A stretch of DNA of 64,000 nucleotides from sequence record OQ067374.1; one strand, 5' to 3'. Each line of letters opens with the position of its first letter. Position 1 is the stretch's first letter. A program made the translations under genes and the position numbers. The stretch comes from Escherichia phage a20. Under the pieces are notes generated by a model. That model was not told where the DNA came from, ran no database searches, and saw nothing but the letters and a program-made list of their open reading frames with translations. Positions 44,066 through 54,126 of the stretch are shown here, one piece after another.

Positions 44066-45028
44066 TTATTTCCAAGTCAGTTCACAAGTCAATTGAAGAA
44101 GCATATACATAACATGTAATTCAATATTACTAGCTAGTCCATGAAACTTATTATTTTCGCCTGCAATTTCGTAAAGCGAAATAATACTTTTACCAGGTGC
44201 AACTTGGTCATAACATTCTGAAACTAATTTATCGATGAACCATGAATAATCTGCAGCATATTTTGGAGCTAATGCACGAAGTTGTTTGATATCTTTGTTC
44301 TTCATTGCTTCGATAACATCAGAGACTGTGCCACGGTCATTAGTTACGATAGACAGAATACCTGCATCGAGAACACCTTTAGACGAGTACTGGTCTAATT
44401 GTCCAATTGTACGACGAAAGTCCGGGAAGTTCTTTTTAACCAGAGCTGCAACAACTTTCATATCAGCGATTTCGATATTTTCGTTCTTACAGATTTCAAC
44501 CATACGATGAATCATTTTCTTCATCATCGAGATTTTATCTTCTTCGGTTGGACGTCCGAATTCGATAACTCGACAACGACTACGTAATGGTTCAATAATT
44601 CCATCGATGTTGTTAGCAGTAATAATAATAGAACAGTTACTAGAGAATTCTTCCATGAATGTACGAAGGTGCCGTTGTGATTCAGCAAGGCCACTACGGT
44701 CAAATTCATCGATAACGATAACTTTCGGCTTGCCTTCCATTGAGACTGAACGAGCGAATGCAGTTAACGGACCACGCACAAAATCAATCTTACAATCAGA
44801 ACCGTTGACGAACATCATTTCAGCGTTGATATCGTTACATAATGCTTTTGCTACGGTTGTTTTACCTGTACCAGGAGAAGGAGAGTGCAAAATAATATGA
44901 GGAAGTTTTCCTTTAGATACTAAAGACTTGAATGTTTCATGGTCATACGCAGGCAGAATACATTCGTCAATGGAAGAAGGACGATATTTCTGTTCTAGAA
45001 TGTGTTCTTTGGAATTGATAGTAATCAT
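44066..45028 (-). CDS. 44: clamp-loader ATPase subunit (gp44, AAA+)
   Basis: 320 aa; Walker [11 protein letters not shown], Walker [12 protein letters not shown] motif (LRSRC). Confidence 0.92.
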   Translation of the reverse strand: MITINSKEHILEQKYRPSSIDECILPAYDHETFKSLVSKGKLPHIILHSPSPGTGKTTVAKALCNDINAEMMFVNGSDCKIDFVRGPLTAFARSVSMEGKPKVIVIDEFDRSGLAESQRHLRTFMEEFSSNCSIIITANNIDGIIEPLRSRCRVIEFGRPTEEDKISMMKKMIHRMVEICKNENIEIADMKVVAALVKKNFPDFRRTIGQLDQYSSKGVLDAGILSIVTNDRGTVSDVIEAMKNKDIKQLRALAPKYAADYSWFIDKLVSECYDQVAPGKSIISLYEIAGENNKFHGLASNIELHVMYMLLQLTCELTWK

Positions 45029-45103
45029 GTAATTTTCCTCATTATCATTAAACTGGAGGATTTCTCCTCCATAATCGTACTACATTAAACGTAAAGCTTT
45101 GAC

Positions 45104-45790
45104 TTAGAAGTCGTGAGTAGAATCGGCTTCCATCGCAATAACATAACTTACTTGAGAGCTTTCAAACTTGGCTGCAACTTTATCACCAGCTCCCCACAAC
45201 ATTACTTTATAGTTACCTGGCTGGATTTTCATATTAGCCATATTGATTACGAAGTTAAAGTTGTTAGAACCATCATAATCGGTAAGAGTCAAAGAATACT
45301 TAGGACGAGTTAGTCCAGAATCTTCAACTTTATTATAGCCGTTGATAACAATTTTACCATCTTTATTTGTAATAGCAATTGTATCAATCTGAAGACCACG
45401 TGAAACTCGAAGCAATTGTTGAAGGTCTTCGGCTTTAATTTCAGTAATCACAGAAGCCACTGGGAATTGAATTGGCTTATTAGGAAAAACAATGGTGCTC
45501 TTGTCAGCGGCAGGCCAATAAACTGTGGAACGTGTGTCTGCAATTTTAATATTGCCATCAGTGTGCATTGAAATTTCAGCATCATCAGACACTAGACTCA
45601 AAATGCTTAAGAAGCTATTCAAATCATAAAGTGCTACGTCAAAATCAATTTCATCGGAGATATTTGCTTCCGCATAAGTGGTGCCATTAACTGCACGAGT
45701 CATAATAAATTTACCTTGACTCAGCAGAATGCCGGAGTTAATAGAGGCAAAGTTTTTCAGAATAGCGATAGTATCTTTAGACAGTTTCAT
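45104..45790 (-). CDS. 45: sliding clamp (gp45)
   Basis: 228 aa from MKLSKDTIAILKNFASINSGILLSQGKFIMTRAVNGTTYAEANISDEIDFDVALYDLN...; recognised as T4/RB69 gp45. Confidence 0.92.
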   Translation of the reverse strand: MKLSKDTIAILKNFASINSGILLSQGKFIMTRAVNGTTYAEANISDEIDFDVALYDLNSFLSILSLVSDDAEISMHTDGNIKIADTRSTVYWPAADKSTIVFPNKPIQFPVASVITEIKAEDLQQLLRVSRGLQIDTIAITNKDGKIVINGYNKVEDSGLTRPKYSLTLTDYDGSNNFNFVINMANMKIQPGNYKVMLWGAGDKVAAKFESSQVSYVIAMEADSTHDF

Positions 45791-45832
45791 TTTATTTCCT
45801 TTCAAGACAATTCAAAGTTTATAACAAATTTA

Positions 45833-46249
45833 TTATGCAGCAACCATCTGCTTTTTAATAGCTTCAGGCAGTGATTCAATATATTCTGGAATTTTAGAAG
45901 CAACAATTTCGCCAGCTGCAATTAGTTGTTCGTCGGCATCAACACAATAGAAATCTTCCAGACGCTCAGAACCGTCTTTATCAAGAACGATTTTTCCGCC
46001 AGCTTCAATAGAATCTTTATAGTGCTTACGCATCAGATGAATCCACATATCAGATACATCGTTATCAATAAAACCATAAATCATAAAACGAGTTTCTTGT
46101 GGCAAAGATTGGAGTTTTTTAGCACTTGCGTCATCACAATGCAGGACCCATGCTTTACGAACACGATTATGGTTATGTGGGTTAGCGTCAGTACGGATAG
46201 AAGTAACTTTCAGATCAGCAGCAGTGAAACCTTTAGCAGTAGTAAACAT
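45833..46249 (-). CDS. rpbA: RNA polymerase-binding protein RpbA-position protein
   Basis: 138 aa; synteny immediately downstream of gene 45. Confidence 0.5.
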   Translation of the reverse strand: MFTTAKGFTAADLKVTSIRTDANPHNHNRVRKAWVLHCDDASAKKLQSLPQETRFMIYGFIDNDVSDMWIHLMRKHYKDSIEAGGKIVLDKDGSERLEDFYCVDADEQLIAAGEIVASKIPEYIESLPEAIKKQMVAA

Positions 46250-46261
46250 ATTATTTCTCTC

Positions 46262-46453
46262 TTATTCGTAGAAGTCGGTAACTGTCCATGCGGAATTGCG
46301 ATTAGACATTATTTTATTATACTCATCTTTAAAAGCAGATTTGAGCATTTGTTCAGTAACAATATGTTCTTCACCTGAAAACGTATTGGTCAAAACATAT
46401 CTTTTAATTTCAGGGACAACGAGAAGATGTTGTCCGGTTGAATACTCCGCCAT
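46262..46453 (-). CDS. hypothetical small protein (45.2 position)
   Basis: ORF track, 63 aa. Confidence 0.45.
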   Translation of the reverse strand: MAEYSTGQHLLVVPEIKRYVLTNTFSGEEHIVTEQMLKSAFKDEYNKIMSNRNSAWTVTDFYE

Positions 46454-46530
46454 TATAAATCTCCGTGATTAAAGCAATATAAATAGGTTTATCAATTTAT
46501 CTGTTGCTGTATCAAATAAGGATTTAGTAA

Positions 46531-47247
46531 ATGAATTATAACTCAATATACGAAAAGCTTATCACCAATGCTAAATCAAGAAGTTTAGATGGTTATACAG
46601 AACGTCATCACATTATACCACAATGTTTAGGTGGAAGTGATGATGCTTTAAACTTAGTAGACTTAACACCGGAAGAACATTATTTGGCACATCAACTGTT
46701 GGTAAAAATCCATCCAGATAATGCCTCTTTAATATATGCCGCTCGTATGATGACCATATCATCTCCTAAAGCAGATAGAAGCAAAAACAAATTATTTGGA
46801 TGGCTTCGACGTAAGAATCAAGAAGTTCAAAAGAATAAAGAATTCACTGCTGAAACCCGTAAGAAAATGTCCGAGTCTGCAAAAAATAAACCAAAGATTA
46901 CCTGTCCACATTGTGGTTTAACTGGAACTGAAGGAAACATGCGACGTTGGCATTTTGATAATTGTAAACAAGGTCCAACGCCTAAAATAGTAAAACTTGA
47001 TCAAGAAACAAAAGATAAAATAATTAAAACCATGGCCACGAAAATTTGGAAAGAAGATTCTTGCCCGTTTTGTGGCTTAACTACTAAGTTATCGGCGTTA
47101 AAGCCACATATAAAATTCTGTAAATCAAATCCTAACAGAAAGAAAAAAGAGGACAAGAAAATTAAATGTCCTCATTGCGATAAAATAGGGATCCCTGCTA
47201 ATATGCATCGTTGGCATTTCGATAATTGTAAATATAAGCCTCATTAA
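46531..47247 (+). CDS. HNH-family homing endonuclease with three C-terminal CxxC...C zinc-finger repeats, plus strand
   Basis: 238 aa; ...YTERHHIIPQCLGGSDDALNLVDLTPEEHYLAHQLLVKIH...; repeats CPHCGLTGTEGNMRRWHFDNCK / CPFCGLTTK / CPHCDKIGIPANMHRWHFDNCK; SD AAGGA; convergent with gene 46. Confidence 0.8.
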   Translation: MNYNSIYEKLITNAKSRSLDGYTERHHIIPQCLGGSDDALNLVDLTPEEHYLAHQLLVKIHPDNASLIYAARMMTISSPKADRSKNKLFGWLRRKNQEVQKNKEFTAETRKKMSESAKNKPKITCPHCGLTGTEGNMRRWHFDNCKQGPTPKIVKLDQETKDKIIKTMATKIWKEDSCPFCGLTTKLSALKPHIKFCKSNPNRKKKEDKKIKCPHCDKIGIPANMHRWHFDNCKYKPH

Positions 47248-48932
47248 GAGGCTTTCATTACAGTAAATCGTCCAACTTTGCTCATTTGAAGATGTTGTCC
47301 ATAAGCTTGTGGGTCATGGTCTCTGTGACTAATTATAAACACGTTTGCATCGGTTAGAGAGTTAAGAATTGTTGAAATAGCTTTAATACCTTCAGAATCA
47401 GTCGCGGAATCCATGACTTCGTCCATAATTAATGTATTGATTCTAACGCCAGAGACCTTTTCAGCGATATCTCGCCATGTAAACAACAATGCGATATCGA
47501 TACGTGCCTTTTCACCTTGACTAAACGAAGCATAACTGAATTCTTCACGTCCACGTGATTTTATAGATTCATTGAATTCTTCGTCAATAGAAAACACATA
47601 ATCAGCTTCCATGATTTTAAGATAATGGTTAATCTGCTTGTTGAACAGAGGCACATATTTTTTAATGATAGCACCTTTAATACCAGAATCTTTTAACATA
47701 TCTGTGATAATACCGCGATGGTATTTTTCAAGAACGATATCCGATTTTGTTTTAATGATTTTATCAAGTTCTTTTTGAAGCAAAGCTATCTCATCGGCAT
47801 GGTCGATAAATTCCGCCGAGGCTTGTTCTATTGCAGCTTTAACTTTCTTAGCTTTATCAATAGTGGCAATCATTGCTTGTTTCTTGGTACGAATATCAGA
47901 TGCAAGGTCCTGTTTAGTCTTAACATTAGCTCTATATTCGTCCACTAGGACACTCAGATTATCTCTGTGACATGTAAGTTGCTCGAATGAGTGATTACAT
48001 TCGTGAAGCTTATCGGTAATCTTAGAGACAATAGGATCACCCTGGTGCAACTGTGATGCACAAGTAGGACATGTACCGCCATCATGATACATCTTAATAA
48101 CTTTGTTATATGAGTCAATTTTAGATTTAATCAAGAATGCTTCTTGTCCTATCTTGTTGAATGCCTCAGTAGGGTCTTCGTCAAGAACGATATTAAGTAG
48201 ACGCTCGTTAGCTTCTTCGATTTCTGCTTTTAATGAACGAGCTTCTTTGGCTAGGTCGTCATACATATTCTGTAGACGCGCTACATTATCACCAGATAAT
48301 TTCTTTTGGCGTTCGATATTCTCGTTATAAATCTTAATTTGTTGGATAACACCATCTTTCTTGGCATCGAGAACTTGTCCCTGGGAATTAAGTTCTCGAA
48401 CTTGAGACTTATTGATTTTATCCATTTCAGCGAGTGTGCCGACTTCTAAAAGGTCTTCGACAAGTTTTCTACGAGCAGGGGTGCTAAGAGCCATGAAAGG
48501 GGTATACCCTGCCGTCCCAAGCACAACGATTTGTTTAAAAGACGCGTATGACATTCCGATGCTACGTTCAAATTCTTCTTGGAAGTCACGACTGCTGGCA
48601 GATTCATCAAGACGAACACCGTCAACGGAGATTTCGAAAATATTGGGCTTTTGGCCACGTCTAATGAAGTATTTTTTATCATCGAATTCCATCCAAAGCT
48701 CAACTAAGAGCTCTTTCTTGTTCGTGCTATTAATGATTTGTCCTTTCTTAACATCACGAAATGGTTTACCGAAAAGTCCGAAAGTAATGGCTTCTAACAT
48801 CGTAGATTTACCACCGCCATTTTTACCAGTGATTAATGTCTTTTGGACTTTATCTAATTGGATATCAATAGGATTCCCACCTACCGACATGATGTTTTGA
48901 TAACGAACACGATTTAATTTAAATGATTTCAT
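47244..48932 (-). CDS. 46: recombination endonuclease subunit gp46 (Rad50/SbcC-like ATPase)
   Basis: 562 aa; Walker A GKNGGGKST, long coiled-coil middle, zinc hook CPTC, signature SGGE-like and Walker B LIMDEV. Confidence 0.9.
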   Translation of the reverse strand: MKSFKLNRVRYQNIMSVGGNPIDIQLDKVQKTLITGKNGGGKSTMLEAITFGLFGKPFRDVKKGQIINSTNKKELLVELWMEFDDKKYFIRRGQKPNIFEISVDGVRLDESASSRDFQEEFERSIGMSYASFKQIVVLGTAGYTPFMALSTPARRKLVEDLLEVGTLAEMDKINKSQVRELNSQGQVLDAKKDGVIQQIKIYNENIERQKKLSGDNVARLQNMYDDLAKEARSLKAEIEEANERLLNIVLDEDPTEAFNKIGQEAFLIKSKIDSYNKVIKMYHDGGTCPTCASQLHQGDPIVSKITDKLHECNHSFEQLTCHRDNLSVLVDEYRANVKTKQDLASDIRTKKQAMIATIDKAKKVKAAIEQASAEFIDHADEIALLQKELDKIIKTKSDIVLEKYHRGIITDMLKDSGIKGAIIKKYVPLFNKQINHYLKIMEADYVFSIDEEFNESIKSRGREEFSYASFSQGEKARIDIALLFTWRDIAEKVSGVRINTLIMDEVMDSATDSEGIKAISTILNSLTDANVFIISHRDHDPQAYGQHLQMSKVGRFTVMKAS

Positions 48933-49183
48933 ATGTATTCTCTTCGAATGAAGTCCTCTACATATTTTAACATGTCATCCCTATCAGCAAAATATTCATC
49001 TAGTTCTGCATACATAACAACACCTGGTGCGTACTCACAGGTAACATACATTGTTCCAAAGAAACGAGGAGTTGATTCCTCGTAATTCTCAGTCCATTCA
49101 ACGATACCAATATAACCGTCACCAATACTAAATTCATGACGATGGATTTCATAATCAGTCTTCGTCATTATACGCATCCTCAA
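48929..49183 (-). CDS. hypothetical small protein (46.1)
   Basis: ORF track, 84 aa. Confidence 0.45.
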   Translation of the reverse strand: MRMRIMTKTDYEIHRHEFSIGDGYIGIVEWTENYEESTPRFFGTMYVTCEYAPGVVMYAELDEYFADRDDMLKYVEDFIRREYI

Positions 49184-49412
49184 TACACGCTTCAGCCATT
49201 TTAAGAATAGAGCCAGGAGTATCGTTGTCCATTATATTAAAGCTAAATTCAATAGCCCAGTCGGTGCAGACATGAACTGCTTTAACTTCATTGCCTTCAA
49301 CGCGTAATGGCTCAATCCAATACTTGATAGTGTTCTCGAATCCATCATCATCTTTAACGTCCATTTCAACTTCAAGCCTGAGTCCAGCATTGTTAAATTC
49401 ATCTAAAGTCAT
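49155..49412 (-). CDS. hypothetical small protein (46.2)
   Basis: ORF track, 85 aa. Confidence 0.45.
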   Translation of the reverse strand: MTLDEFNNAGLRLEVEMDVKDDDGFENTIKYWIEPLRVEGNEVKAVHVCTDWAIEFSFNIMDNDTPGSILKMAEACIEDAYNDED

Positions 49413-50428
49413 TGTGTTGCCTCAATATAAAGTTCGTTGGAATATTTGACCAGCGCTTCTCTGTCTTCGTCTGAGATATCTGGAATCGCGTCAATATATT
49501 CTTTAATGATATCTTGAAGTGATTTAATCTCGATTTCCTGGTCGTCATCAGATTCAACACTGTTATCAACTTTAGAAACCATACGAAGAGAGTGAACTAC
49601 TTTTTCAAGTTCAGATTCAAACTTAGTCAACTCTGAATCAATTTCTGATACTATAACACGTACAGCTAGATTAGTATAATCAGAATAATTGATTTTGCCT
49701 TTAAACGGATAAGTGATTCGTCGATGCCATGTTGTTTCATTAGGAATAAATTCCATACGTTCAACATCAGTGTCAAATACCCAGAATCCGCGCGGGTCGT
49801 TCTCATCACCTGCAGTAAGGGTCCATGGTGTCCCAATATATTTGACGTTAGCAGCTTCAGAGATTGTGTGGAAGTGGCCAGACCAGACTTGTTTATAAGT
49901 CTTTAAGAAATCAGGTTCAAGCCCATGAGACTTCATCCCTTTATAGAAATAAAAGCCATTCAGTTCCCAGTGCCCAACACAATACGCTGCAGAAGAAGTC
50001 TTGATGTGCTCTAAGATTTCACCTGTATTTTCTTCACACATCCATGGAACGATATCAATCAGACATCCGTCAAAATCTACAGTAGTTGGATGCTCGTAAA
50101 TAGTAAAGTTTTCAAATTGAGTTAACAATTCAGAAACAGTGTTAGGTGTTATTGTATTCTTAAACGCCATGTCATGGTTTCCTATCGTGACATGAACGTG
50201 AATGCCTGCTTTAGAAATCATATCAACGATTTCACGATTGAATTCCATTGTACGATGTGTTATTGCTTTACGGACGTCGAACCAATCACCGTACTGAATC
50301 CAAGTTTTAATCCCGTGTTTCTTAGAGTATTCAATTGCTTGACGAATACCATCACGTTGAATATCTTGAACCCATGGGTCGTCTTGTTTGACTCCGATAT
50401 GGAAGTCGCCTAAGTGCAAAATTTTCAT
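49409..50428 (-). CDS. 47: recombination nuclease subunit gp47 (Mre11/SbcD-like phosphoesterase)
   Basis: 339 aa; MKILHLGDFHIG..., GDWFD, GNHD, calcineurin-like phosphoesterase motifs. Confidence 0.9.
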   Translation of the reverse strand: MKILHLGDFHIGVKQDDPWVQDIQRDGIRQAIEYSKKHGIKTWIQYGDWFDVRKAITHRTMEFNREIVDMISKAGIHVHVTIGNHDMAFKNTITPNTVSELLTQFENFTIYEHPTTVDFDGCLIDIVPWMCEENTGEILEHIKTSSAAYCVGHWELNGFYFYKGMKSHGLEPDFLKTYKQVWSGHFHTISEAANVKYIGTPWTLTAGDENDPRGFWVFDTDVERMEFIPNETTWHRRITYPFKGKINYSDYTNLAVRVIVSEIDSELTKFESELEKVVHSLRMVSKVDNSVESDDDQEIEIKSLQDIIKEYIDAIPDISDEDREALVKYSNELYIEATQ

Positions 50429-50466
50429 ATTATTTCCTCATTAGTTAATTCATTTTATCATCCGTT

Positions 50467-50499
50467 TATAAAGCAAAAAAGGAACTCCGAAGAGTTCCT
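50467..50499 (-). terminator. rho-independent terminator upstream of gene 47
   Basis: aggaactc-cgaa-gagttcct with aaaaaa on plus strand (U-tract on RNA). Confidence 0.65.
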
Positions 50500-50671
50500 A
50501 TCCACATAGTACACCGTACAGAGGCTCATTTGAACTTTTAAATCGAATGGGCTTGTACGTAATAGTTCCTTCGGCTTTAGCTTTATCATAAGACTCTTTA
50601 AAACGTCTCGTTCTTTCTGCTTTGCCTTTACGGATTTTATCGAAATTTTCAGAAGTCGGGATGTTCGTCAT
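50498..50671 (-). CDS. possible small basic protein (57 aa)
   Basis: Hand-translated MTNIPTSENFDKIRKGKAERTRRFKESYDKAKAEG...; SD GAGAGGTG; approx coordinates. Confidence 0.35.
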   Translation of the reverse strand: MTNIPTSENFDKIRKGKAERTRRFKESYDKAKAEGTITYKPIRFKSSNEPLYGVLCG

Positions 50672-50710
50672 GCATAAGCACCTCTCAGAAAATGCCTAAA
50701 TCAATTTCTC

Positions 50711-50932
50711 TCATCGTTTCCACCATTTCTTAACTTGAAATGAATCGACCCACACGAGTTGTTTTGGGTCTGCCTTTACAATAGGCGGACAAATTTCTGT
50801 AATAGAACCGTCGTGATATTCCTTTTCAGAAATTTTAACACAAAGAGGACCTCCCAATTTAAGGGTGAACCCTGCGTTCAGCTTCAGACGTTTAAACTTT
50901 GTTTGAACTAGCGCCATTAATGATGTCCTCAA
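50711..50932 (-). CDS. hypothetical small protein
   Basis: ORF track, 73 aa. Confidence 0.45.
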   Translation of the reverse strand: MRTSLMALVQTKFKRLKLNAGFTLKLGGPLCVKISEKEYHDGSITEICPPIVKADPKQLVWVDSFQVKKWWKR

Positions 50933-51215
50933 TAGCCTGACGAGTAGTAACCCACTGGATTTTAATTAACTTGTCATTATATGGTTGTCGTAGAATATCC
51001 CGAGATTTCTTAATAGCATATTCGTAAGCTTCGAAGTTGTTTTGAATTGCTGCTTCTTGAGCATGAGCATAAAGACGGTTTAGTTCAAAACGATTCTTTT
51101 TAAGAATCTTTTCGGATTTTTTACGTGCTTCAGCTTCATTTTTCTTTTGGATTTCTTGTAGCATTTTAGCTACTGCATCTTCTGCTTCTTTATTTTCAAT
51201 AATCTCGGTAGTCAT
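50892..51215 (-). CDS. hypothetical protein (coiled-coil, Lys/Glu-rich)
   Basis: ORF track, 107 aa. Confidence 0.45.
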   Translation of the reverse strand: MTTEIIENKEAEDAVAKMLQEIQKKNEAEARKKSEKILKKNRFELNRLYAHAQEAAIQNNFEAYEYAIKKSRDILRQPYNDKLIKIQWVTTRQAIEDIINGASSNKV

Positions 51216-51216
51216 A

Positions 51217-51510
51217 TTATCTCATTAAATTAAAATAAAAACGTCCATCCTCTTCAATACAGAACTCATACTCAACCGGAGTCCCATTTATCGAAAATGA
51301 CACGTCATGTGGGTTCAAAGGGTCGATGTCAAAATTAATTTTAAATTCACGACCCAACAGTTTTACCAAATAAGGGATTGCTTCGTCAAAAGGTTCTTCT
51401 AAGTAGTTAGAGATGTCAATTGTCATCCTCATATAAAAAATCCAAACTAGGCGAATCGCTAACAACTTCCTTCTTTTCAGCCCCAGGAGCTTTATAAGCG
51501 GATTCTTCAT
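51217..51510 (-). CDS. hypothetical small protein; start uncertain, overlaps 3' end of gene 55 in every candidate frame start
   Basis: ORF track, 97 aa; internal ATGs at about 51432/51426. Confidence 0.35.
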   Translation of the reverse strand: MKNPLIKLLGLKRRKLLAIRLVWIFYMRMTIDISNYLEEPFDEAIPYLVKLLGREFKINFDIDPLNPHDVSFSINGTPVEYEFCIEEDGRFYFNLMR

Positions 51511-51973
51511 AATGCGTCATTTTATCGTAGATGTCTTGAATAAACGTTTCATCTACCAACGCTACCATATCATCGTCATGACTGTCGTAGACATTATGAA
51601 CGAAGTAACTATATTTCTTTGCAACTTCCTTACGTTCTTTTTTGATACGTTGGACAAAAGCATTAAAACAAGCTCGAGTTATGTATGCATGTGGGTTATT
51701 GTACTTAGTTTCGTCGAAATTATGAAGTCCCTTAATAGAGGCTTCAATCCCATCTGCAATCATCTCCTGCTTCCAAGACTGGGTATATCCTGAAAAGTTG
51801 AAACGTTTGGACAGGCCTTCGGCGATAAGCATAATTGCTAAACCGATGGTATCATTCTGACGAATAATTTTGTTTGGGTCTTTATTATTTAAGAGCTCCT
51901 TTTTCCACTCGATTATAGCGGCGAGAAGCTCTTTATTATTCACATAGTTATTTTTAGGTTTTTGTTCAGTCAT
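51416..51973 (-). CDS. 55: late-transcription sigma factor gp55
   Basis: 185 aa; [26 protein letters not shown]...; same length as T4 gp55; strong SD. Confidence 0.9.
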   Translation of the reverse strand: MTEQKPKNNYVNNKELLAAIIEWKKELLNNKDPNKIIRQNDTIGLAIMLIAEGLSKRFNFSGYTQSWKQEMIADGIEASIKGLHNFDETKYNNPHAYITRACFNAFVQRIKKERKEVAKKYSYFVHNVYDSHDDDMVALVDETFIQDIYDKMTHYEESAYKAPGAEKKEVVSDSPSLDFLYEDDN

Positions 51974-52045
51974 AAGTACCTCTTAGCTCAATTCATAGGT
52001 CTATTATATCATAATATTTAGAGACCTATCTTAAAGCACGAGATA

Positions 52046-52315
52046 CTATCGGAGCAAACAATAAGCCTGAAACACTTTTTCCATTAAACGTTTGAACTCA
52101 TGGATATCGATATAAAGCTCAGTAAGACCGGCATTATAAAGAAAATCTAAAAAGTTCTCATGTGTTTCGTTATAGTCGCCTTCGTTTAATTGAGATACAT
52201 GAGTTTCCCAAAAACCAACACCTTTAACGAATGGAAAATACGTGACTTTCATGTATTCGTCAACATAAAATTCGCCCAGCTTTTCTTCAGTTATACTGAT
52301 TCGAGTTAATTTCAT
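52046..52315 (-). CDS. hypothetical protein
   Basis: ORF track, 89 aa. Confidence 0.45.
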   Translation of the reverse strand: MKLTRISITEEKLGEFYVDEYMKVTYFPFVKGVGFWETHVSQLNEGDYNETHENFLDFLYNAGLTELYIDIHEFKRLMEKVFQAYCLLR

Positions 52316-52539
52316 TCTAGTTCCTTTGCTGCTTCAAGAGCAGCATCCAGCGAATCAAATTGGTCAACGAAATCAATATTCAACGCATCGTCAACCGTAG
52401 CATATAACCACCATTGTTTGAATTCATATTCTAGGATAAATCCAGGCCCTTCAATCTGAGGAAGACCTAGGCTATTTGTACCAACTTCGTAACCAGCTAG
52501 ACGCAGGTCATTAATCAAAGTTTCTGTTAATACGCTCAT
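52312..52539 (-). CDS. hypothetical protein
   Basis: ORF track, 75 aa; ATGA overlaps on both sides. Confidence 0.45.
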   Translation of the reverse strand: MSVLTETLINDLRLAGYEVGTNSLGLPQIEGPGFILEYEFKQWWLYATVDDALNIDFVDQFDSLDAALEAAKELE

Positions 52540-52868
52540 TTTACCGCCTTAACAATTTTCAGGTCAACGAATTTTTTCTTACGTTGATTTTTCATACGAC
52601 GGATAGTCTTTTCAGAGATTTCATGTTTCTGATAAGCTTTAGATTCAACACCAAATGCAGTAACGTCAAATTCAGAAAGAATATATTGTACTAGAATTTC
52701 ACGAATAGAATTACGTCCAATTTTCTGGTCGTGTTTTTGCATGATTTCATAAAGACGGAATTCCCACGCGTCAAGAACTTGAGGAGTAACAATATTGCCG
52801 GATTCCAGAAGAGCAACAACTTTATCGAAAGCGAAAGAATTAACTACGTTTTTGATTTTAGTAGACAT
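52536..52868 (-). CDS. hypothetical protein; start moved to internal ATG with SD GAGGA because longer start lies inside the promoter
   Basis: ORF track 52536..52916 trimmed to MSTKIKNVVNSF... (110 aa). Confidence 0.45.
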   Translation of the reverse strand: MSTKIKNVVNSFAFDKVVALLESGNIVTPQVLDAWEFRLYEIMQKHDQKIGRNSIREILVQYILSEFDVTAFGVESKAYQKHEISEKTIRRMKNQRKKKFVDLKIVKAVK

Positions 52869-52903
52869 ATTATTTTCCTCGGTTATTTTATTATCCAACG
52901 AGA

Positions 52904-52936
52904 GAATTATACTCATCTCTCAAGAGTTTGTATACT
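52904..52936 (-). promoter_or_regulatory. early promoter (-35 TATACA/TGTATA, 17 nt, -10 TATAAT) with -10 inside inverted repeat gagag...ctctc
   Basis: Plus text gagagaATTATActcatctctcaagagttTGTATAc. Confidence 0.5.
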
Positions 52937-53174
52937 ATTTTTTAAGCATGAAAAGTAAGTAATTTGTATCACGTGGAGTAATATCAACACCCATATCAAA
53001 GATGCCTTTATAGATTGGGTATTTGTTTTCGGTTGTATCGAAGCTGAAACTATTTCCATCACAACTAACAGTAATAGCATCTGTTAAAATGTCATACTCA
53101 ATCCTAACAATTGAATCCCCAATTTTAACGTCGAGGTGTTTTTTGAATTTGATAAAATCTAATTCTTGGGCCAT
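52935..53174 (-). CDS. hypothetical protein
   Basis: ORF track, 79 aa. Confidence 0.45.
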   Translation of the reverse strand: MAQELDFIKFKKHLDVKIGDSIVRIEYDILTDAITVSCDGNSFSFDTTENKYPIYKGIFDMGVDITPRDTNYLLFMLKK

Positions 53175-53203
53175 GATATTTTCCTCATTTTAAGACGATA
53201 GGA

Positions 53204-53236
53204 AGATAATAACATGACTTCCTATCGTTGTACATT
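53204..53236 (-). promoter_or_regulatory. early promoter (-35 TGTACA, 17 nt, -10 TATTAT) inside inverted repeat gataggaag...cttcctatc
   Basis: Plus text gataggaagATAATAacatgacttcctatcgtTGTACA. Confidence 0.55.
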
Positions 53237-53237
53237 A

Positions 53238-53438
53238 TTAACCGAACTTTTTAGCGCCTTTCCAGCCTTCGTACATAACTGCACAAGTCAGTAGTACAGC
53301 GTGCTGGCATTCTTTGTATTTGTAAATCCAGAACCAGCGTAAGAAGTCTTCATCCTCAACGCCGTTGAGTTTCATATTGGCAAAGAATTCGGCACGTTCT
53401 TCACGAAGTTTTTGAGATAACATAGATTCAGGATTCAT
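53238..53438 (-). CDS. hypothetical small protein
   Basis: ORF track, 66 aa. Confidence 0.45.
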   Translation of the reverse strand: MNPESMLSQKLREERAEFFANMKLNGVEDEDFLRWFWIYKYKECQHAVLLTCAVMYEGWKGAKKFG

Positions 53439-53569
53439 TTTATATTCCAGACCCCATTTTCATCGATGAACTTAATCCAGTCATTTACAGACCATTTAGT
53501 TGTATCACCCTTTGGATTAACATTTAAAGTGTAGAACCCTTGCTTAAAAAGCCAGCGTTTGATATTCAT
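53435..53569 (-). CDS. hypothetical small protein; start moved to internal ATG with strong SD GAGGA
   Basis: ORF track 53435..53662 trimmed to MNIKRWLFKQGFYTLNVNPKGD... (44 aa). Confidence 0.35.
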   Translation of the reverse strand: MNIKRWLFKQGFYTLNVNPKGDTTKWSVNDWIKFIDENGVWNIK

Positions 53570-53576
53570 AATTTCC

Positions 53577-53897
53577 TCAACTGTAACGATAACATTCGTT
53601 AGCTTTACGTTTGGCTTCAGTATGAGAAGTATTATAATCATAATCTTCTTTACTGTAAACATCTTTTTTCAACTTACGAACTTCTTTGCGGAGTTGTCGA
53701 TTCATTTCATTCTTGACTTCAGAATCAACGCCTTTCATACGTTTCCATTTATCTGAGCGGAAAATGTTTTCAACCATGTCTTTGTGGCTAACACCGTCAG
53801 GAGCTTTACGCTTACCAAAATAGTCGTAATCGCGAACTTTCAAATCTTTACGACGATATGTTTTACCCATAAGTACCTCAGAGGTTGATTGATACAA
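53577..53897 (-). CDS. hypothetical basic protein
   Basis: ORF track, 106 aa, Lys/Arg-rich. Confidence 0.45.
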   Translation of the reverse strand: MYQSTSEVLMGKTYRRKDLKVRDYDYFGKRKAPDGVSHKDMVENIFRSDKWKRMKGVDSEVKNEMNRQLRKEVRKLKKDVYSKEDYDYNTSHTEAKRKANECYRYS

Positions 53898-54126
53898 TGC
53901 GTTTGATAAAATTCACTTCACTTACTGAAAGGTCTTTAAGGCCAATTGCTTCTAAACGCTGAGTAAGCGTCAACATCGGGATATAATCCCATTGAGTTTT
54001 ATTTGCTTGATAAGTACGAACGCCATTAGCAATTTCAACATGCAAATCGGAAATGGTAACGAATACCGGTCGCTCGTCATTAACTTTAAGGGTTAGAACA
54101 ACTTTCTTTGAATCTAAACTAATCAT
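53878..54126 (-). CDS. hypothetical protein
   Basis: ORF track, 82 aa. Confidence 0.45.
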   Translation of the reverse strand: MISLDSKKVVLTLKVNDERPVFVTISDLHVEIANGVRTYQANKTQWDYIPMLTLTQRLEAIGLKDLSVSEVNFIKRIVSINL

